From positions 2,496,001-2,560,000 of the forward strand of contig CBDCJV010000002.1 in NCBI GenBank assembly GCA_965217895.1: a stretch of 64,000 nt of DNA, read 5' to 3'. Position 1 is the stretch's first letter; every line of letters starts with the position of its first letter. This stretch comes from Waterburya sp. (GTDB lineage: Bacteria; Cyanobacteriota; Cyanobacteriia; Cyanobacteriales; Xenococcaceae). The notes under the pieces are model-generated. The model was given only the letters and a program-made list of their open reading frames with translations, had not been told where the DNA came from and searched no databases. The position numbers and the translations under genes are program-made. Of the stretch, positions 59,691 to 64,000 are shown piece after piece.

Positions 59691-62611
59691 TTAAACTTCT
59701 AATTCCACCTGTACGAATGTTTCAAGCTGTTGTTCCATTGCAGCTAGACGAGATATTTCTGACCAGGAGGTAACTAAACTATTATAAGAAATTGCATCTT
59801 GTGTCCAGCCCTGGCGATCGCAAATTATGTACAAGCGATAAGCCAAATCTCGGCATATTTCCCCTTTATCTCCCAGTTGAGCCAGGAGTTTAGCTGCGCC
59901 AGTTTCCCCTTGTTTATCAAGGGTTTGAATTAGATGTTGGGTTGCTTCCCAGTCGGGAGTGCGGTTATCTTTGGCTGGATTCCAAGTTTCGGGTAGTTCT
60001 TCTCGTTTGAGCAGTCTGACTTTACCGTTTTTAGCTAGCAAAATCCCTGCTTCTTCTAAACCTTTGATGCTGGTGTTTTTAGCTTTAGAAAGAGTTTCCG
60101 CATCACCATATTGTCCCGCTTCAAATTGATATTGTTCAAACCAAGTCAAAGCCCAACGGGTATCAGGGTCAAATTCTCCTTCCTGTTCGTTGAGGAATTC
60201 ATCGATATAGGAGTTAATTATCTGTAAGGCGGTACGGACGCGCATGGGATTACCATCAGCTTCTAATACCTTGCTGTAGCGGGAGAATATAGACATTCCC
60301 AAACCGATACTGGCTTGAGCTAAATCTACAGGGGCGATATTTCCTTGTTGTAGGGTTGCTAAGTCAACGGGAAATTCTTTTTGTAATTGTTTGAGAAATT
60401 GGCGACGGGTAGCAGAGGGAGCATCGTCTGGGCGAGGACGACAGACAAGGGCAATAGAGGAAGCGAGTGCATTTGCACCACTGCCAACCATACGATTGCT
60501 TAATTCTGTTCGCATTGGTAGTGTACCAGTAATAGAAAAACCAGCTTTCATCAATCCTTCGAGCATAGTTTCCCAACCAGTTGAAGCAGTGGTTGAATCT
60601 CCGTTTTTGCCATTGGTTTCTGTTTCTGTTTGTTTGAAAGCGTAATAGATCGTTAGAGGATACTTGTTACTTGCCATCTTACGCATTCTTTGGAAAGCTT
60701 TGTTTAATCCCGACTCAAAAAATTCTTTGGCTTTTTTCTTACTTCCTCCGAAACGATATGGAGTAGCTACTAACTCTGGCTCTTTAGGTAAAAGAAGAGT
60801 GCTAAAAAGCTCGGGATAAATTGAAATTAGGGAACGACGCAGCCAAACATAAAAAAAATCAGATAAATCGGCATAGCCAATGTTATCGTAATAGGGTGGG
60901 TCTGTTGAGACAACGATTGATTCTTGATAAATTTCGGAAGTAGTTGCATCAATCTGTTTAACGATTCCATTAGTATTACAAGTAGCTTGTTCAACTACCT
61001 TTACTACCCAATCTAAAGCACCAAAAAATTTCCTGTAGAGTCGCTTAGTGGATTTGCTTCGACGTAATCCCAAGTCATAGGAATAGCTTGACGAGCGAAA
61101 GTGTTACGGGTGCTGTCTCTACTAACATCCCATGAACAAATAGTAGAATTTCTGTCTGATAGTCTATCCATAGCAAACGCCAAGTAAGTTGCTATGGCAT
61201 CAGCATAAGCTTTTATTCCAGCTTCGTCTTCATTTAAAGATAGATTATCAATTTTAATTCCGATGCCAATAGCATTTTTTAAAATAATTTCTCTGATTTC
61301 ACCTACCAAATCACAAAAAGTATTTAAAGCAACAAGCTGACGATGAGTAAAAAGTTTATCAAACGTATTAATTCCATAAATAGGCGTATTAAAGTTACGT
61401 GGATTACTTGGTAATTCTGCTTCTGGTTTCCATTCTGGTTTTGCAGATACAGCAATCTTTTCGTGTTTATTGTTGGGAGATAAATAAATTCTTCTTCTAT
61501 CTCCTTCACCTACAATTGCCATCAATTGAGCATCCATCCGTCCTGCTGTTCCTTCACTGCGTATATAGTTGAGATTTGAAGGGGTAGCACAAGCGAGACA
61601 AATAGCACCCTTGCGACTCACTGTTCCCTCTAACGGTTTACCTTCACCATTTCTTACTTCAAACTTAATTAATGGAGGACTTTGACTGTTATCAATCATT
61701 GGCTCTACCCAAGCCTCTTTACCTTTTTTAGCCGATAGCTGAAATGACTTAACCAATGGCGTTTGACAACCACAAGCAGGATTGGGACATTTAACCGTTC
61801 GCGCCCACAATCAAGCAATTACAGTTGCTTCACCACCACCATGTTTCTCGGGTAACTCAACCTTGGGATAAAGATGACCGATACGTTTTTGAGCTTTATC
61901 TCGCATCCACTTACCGTAGTAGCGCACATCTTCCGCTAGTCCCTGCGCTCCTCGCCATTGGTTAATGTCTTTGGTTTTTCTTGCTTCTGGATTGATTGGA
62001 GGTTTATCTTTAAATTTAGGCGGAATTTCTATCAAAGCCTTGGTAATCAATACCGCAACAGGGTTTAGATCGCTGCCATGAGCTTCAATACCTAGTCTTT
62101 GAGCTTCCAAAGGGATCGAACCCCCACCACAGAAAGGATCGTAAACTGGTGGAGCATATTCTTGAAGATATTTTCTGACTGCTTCTGGTTCGGTAGGTGG
62201 TTCGTGGTTATTTTCCCAAGCTAAACAACGAGCAATCTCTTTTTGTGCTGCTTCAATGATGGGCGAGATGCCCCTTTCATCGGTTTTAATATCGTCCCAG
62301 GAAACCAAACCTCTTACTACTTGCTTGGACTTTCCCCGTTTTTCTTCTATCTCAATTTTGCCGATCAAATCATGTAATCGCTGCCTTTCTACTTGTTGTT
62401 CCTCTTCGGTGGGGAATTTATCTGGATGTGCGGAAGGATCGTCTACTAATGAAGCAAATAATACCGCCCGACAAGCTGCTAGAGGTCGTCTTGCCCACCA
62501 CAAATGTAGCGTAGAAGGATGCCCGTGCCTAATCGATTTTTCCCTAGCTGACTCTTGGTTTATTGCCTCAAGAGGCATGGAAACTTCGATTAGCTTTTTG
62601 CGGTAAGACAT
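59691..62611 (-). pseudogene. DUF1156 adenine-specific DNA methyltransferase, disrupted
   Basis: MSYRKKLIEV, LHLWWARRPLAACRA, DPFCGGGSIPLEA, TDPPYYDNI; in-frame TGA at 61811-61813 (ATVIA*LWART) and frameshift in the A6 run at 61023-61028. Confidence 0.9.
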
Positions 62612-62870
62612 AAAGTTGGCAGATAGAACAACCAACTATTATTGCTGCTGGGTTGAGCTATTCGCTTCAGTAATTCTCAAGACAATTATGGCTCTCGGTA
62701 AATATTGTTAAATAAATTTAGCTACTACGTTTATAAAACTTCTCTATCAAATCTTTATAGTTATTAAGTATAACTTAGGTATAAAATAAATATAAATTCG
62801 CCGATTCACCCCAAGGCTGAATAAGCAGTTTATAATGCGGAAGACTCTTCTGCATCTTGGAAGGTAAACG

Positions 62871-63170
62871 GTGAGGTTTGAATTTAAGAAAAACAAAATA
62901 AAACTACTTTATACAGAGGAAAAAAATGCTCACAAATATCCTGGGGTTGTAGATGACTTTTTTGAAGTCATGGCAATTATTGCAGCAGCCGAAAGCGAAC
63001 AAGATTTATACGCTAATAAAGGTCTGAGATTTGAAAAACTCTCAGGTAAACGAGGCAAAAAGAATCAAAGGTCGTTACGCCTAAATAAGCAATGGCGTTT
63101 AATTGTGGTACTCGAAAAAGATGAATCAGGCAAATATATCCTAATCGTCGATATTGAGGACTATCACTAA
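62871..63170 (+). CDS. higB: HigB-like (RelE superfamily) toxin
   Basis: LRFEKLSG...SLRLNKQWRLI...IVDIEDYH signature. Confidence 0.85.
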   Translation: MRFEFKKNKIKLLYTEEKNAHKYPGVVDDFFEVMAIIAAAESEQDLYANKGLRFEKLSGKRGKKNQRSLRLNKQWRLIVVLEKDESGKYILIVDIEDYH

Positions 63171-63192
63171 ATAAAGAGAGAGGAAGGCAAGG

Positions 63193-64000
63193 ATGAGCAA
63201 CACTTTAACACCAGCAAGAGCAGTATCACCAGGGCGTATCTTACAAAGAGAACTAGATGCGCGGGGCTGGACTCAAAAAGATTTAGCTGAAATTACCAAA
63301 CGTCCACCACAAACAATCAACGAAATTATTAAAGGAACAAAACAAATTACTCCTGAGACAGCTAGAGAATTATCGTGCGCGTTGGGAACTACTGCGGAAT
63401 TTTGGATTAATTTAGAAACTAATTATCGTTTAAATCTGGCAAAAAAAAAGCAGAAAGAGTCGGAAATTGAGCGTCGGAGTCGTTTGTATACTCTTGCGCC
63501 AATTCTTGAATTGAGCAAACGCGGATGGATTAAATCTACAGAATCTTTAGATGAATTAGAGCAATCTGTCTGTGAATTTTTAGGTATTAACTCACCTCAA
63601 GAAACTCCTCAATTCTCCGTTAATTTCCGTCACAGTCCAATTTTTGAACCAGAACATAGTGCCAAAATTGCCTGGTGTAAAAGAGTCGAACAAGTAGTCA
63701 GCAAGCAAACTTTGGGAGAATTTCAGCTAGACAGGCTAAAGGTAGCAATTCCCGATCTTCTTCGCTATACAAAAAAAGAAGAGGATGTAGCTCATGTTCC
63801 TCAAATGTTAATCGATTTGGGTGTTCATTTTGCGCTCGTTCCCCATCTGAATAAAACATATTTAGATGGTGCTGCTTTTTATTTGGGAAACCACCCAGTA
63901 ATCGCTCTTACCCTAAGACACAATAGAATCGATTGCTTTTGGTTTAGTCTAATGCACGAACTCGGTCATATAGTTGCTGGACATCAAGGAGTCTACTTAG
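63193..64000 (+). CDS. higA: HigA-like HTH antitoxin fused to an ImmA/IrrE-type metallopeptidase domain; runs off the window
   Basis: Manual translation: SPGRILQRELDARGWTQKDLA...INEIIKGTKQITPETA...FWINLE, later DGAAF...RIDCFWFSLMHELGH (HExxH). Confidence 0.85.
   Translation, partial: MSNTLTPARAVSPGRILQRELDARGWTQKDLAEITKRPPQTINEIIKGTKQITPETARELSCALGTTAEFWINLETNYRLNLAKKKQKESEIERRSRLYTLAPILELSKRGWIKSTESLDELEQSVCEFLGINSPQETPQFSVNFRHSPIFEPEHSAKIAWCKRVEQVVSKQTLGEFQLDRLKVAIPDLLRYTKKEEDVAHVPQMLIDLGVHFALVPHLNKTYLDGAAFYLGNHPVIALTLRHNRIDCFWFSLMHELGHIVAGHQGVYL

Noticed and set aside
61811..61813. TGA recoding (Trp or selenocysteine) in the methylase
   Set aside because: Other genes in the window use TGA as stop and the same gene has a second lesion; a nonsense mutation is simpler

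Overview
AT-rich cyanobacterial chromosome segment, with abundant HIP1 octamers (GCGATCGC). A Pleurocapsales-like origin is my inference only. 1-13 kb is housekeeping: RND pump, GUN4-domain protein, M16 peptidase, TRAP permeases, lysC, der and a pentapeptide protein. 13-30 kb is a glycosylation/sulfation island built from two divergent paralogous giant TPR-GT2-GT4 plus sulfotransferase-like operons. 30-40 kb is a small-molecule tailoring cluster (3 O-methyltransferases, P450, ABM monooxygenase, Rieske oxygenase, AcpS-like protein, HTH-NACHT) with no core synthase in view. 40-50 kb holds an RTX-type secreted protein, ggpS, lysS-KTSC, an ABC-F ATPase and a GDPD. 50-64 kb is a tRNA-Phe insertion hotspot. 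It contains Tn7-like tnsAB/tnsC scraps, an interrupted IS5, and the decayed end of a type V-K CRISPR-associated transposon (cas12k 3' end, tracrRNA 5' part, 2-repeat array, 17-nt tRNA-Phe homing spacer, TGTACA end). Next come a 47-bp tRNA-Phe att core and an integrated island carrying ISKra4, a broken DUF1156/DUF499 defence system and three toxin-antitoxin-like pairs, one bracketed by a 129-bp duplication of the methylase 3' end. Several families of small nested mobile repeats occur; one inserts cleanly next to TTAC and has rewritten the lysC C-terminus. All family assignments come from motif recognition by eye; no searches were run.
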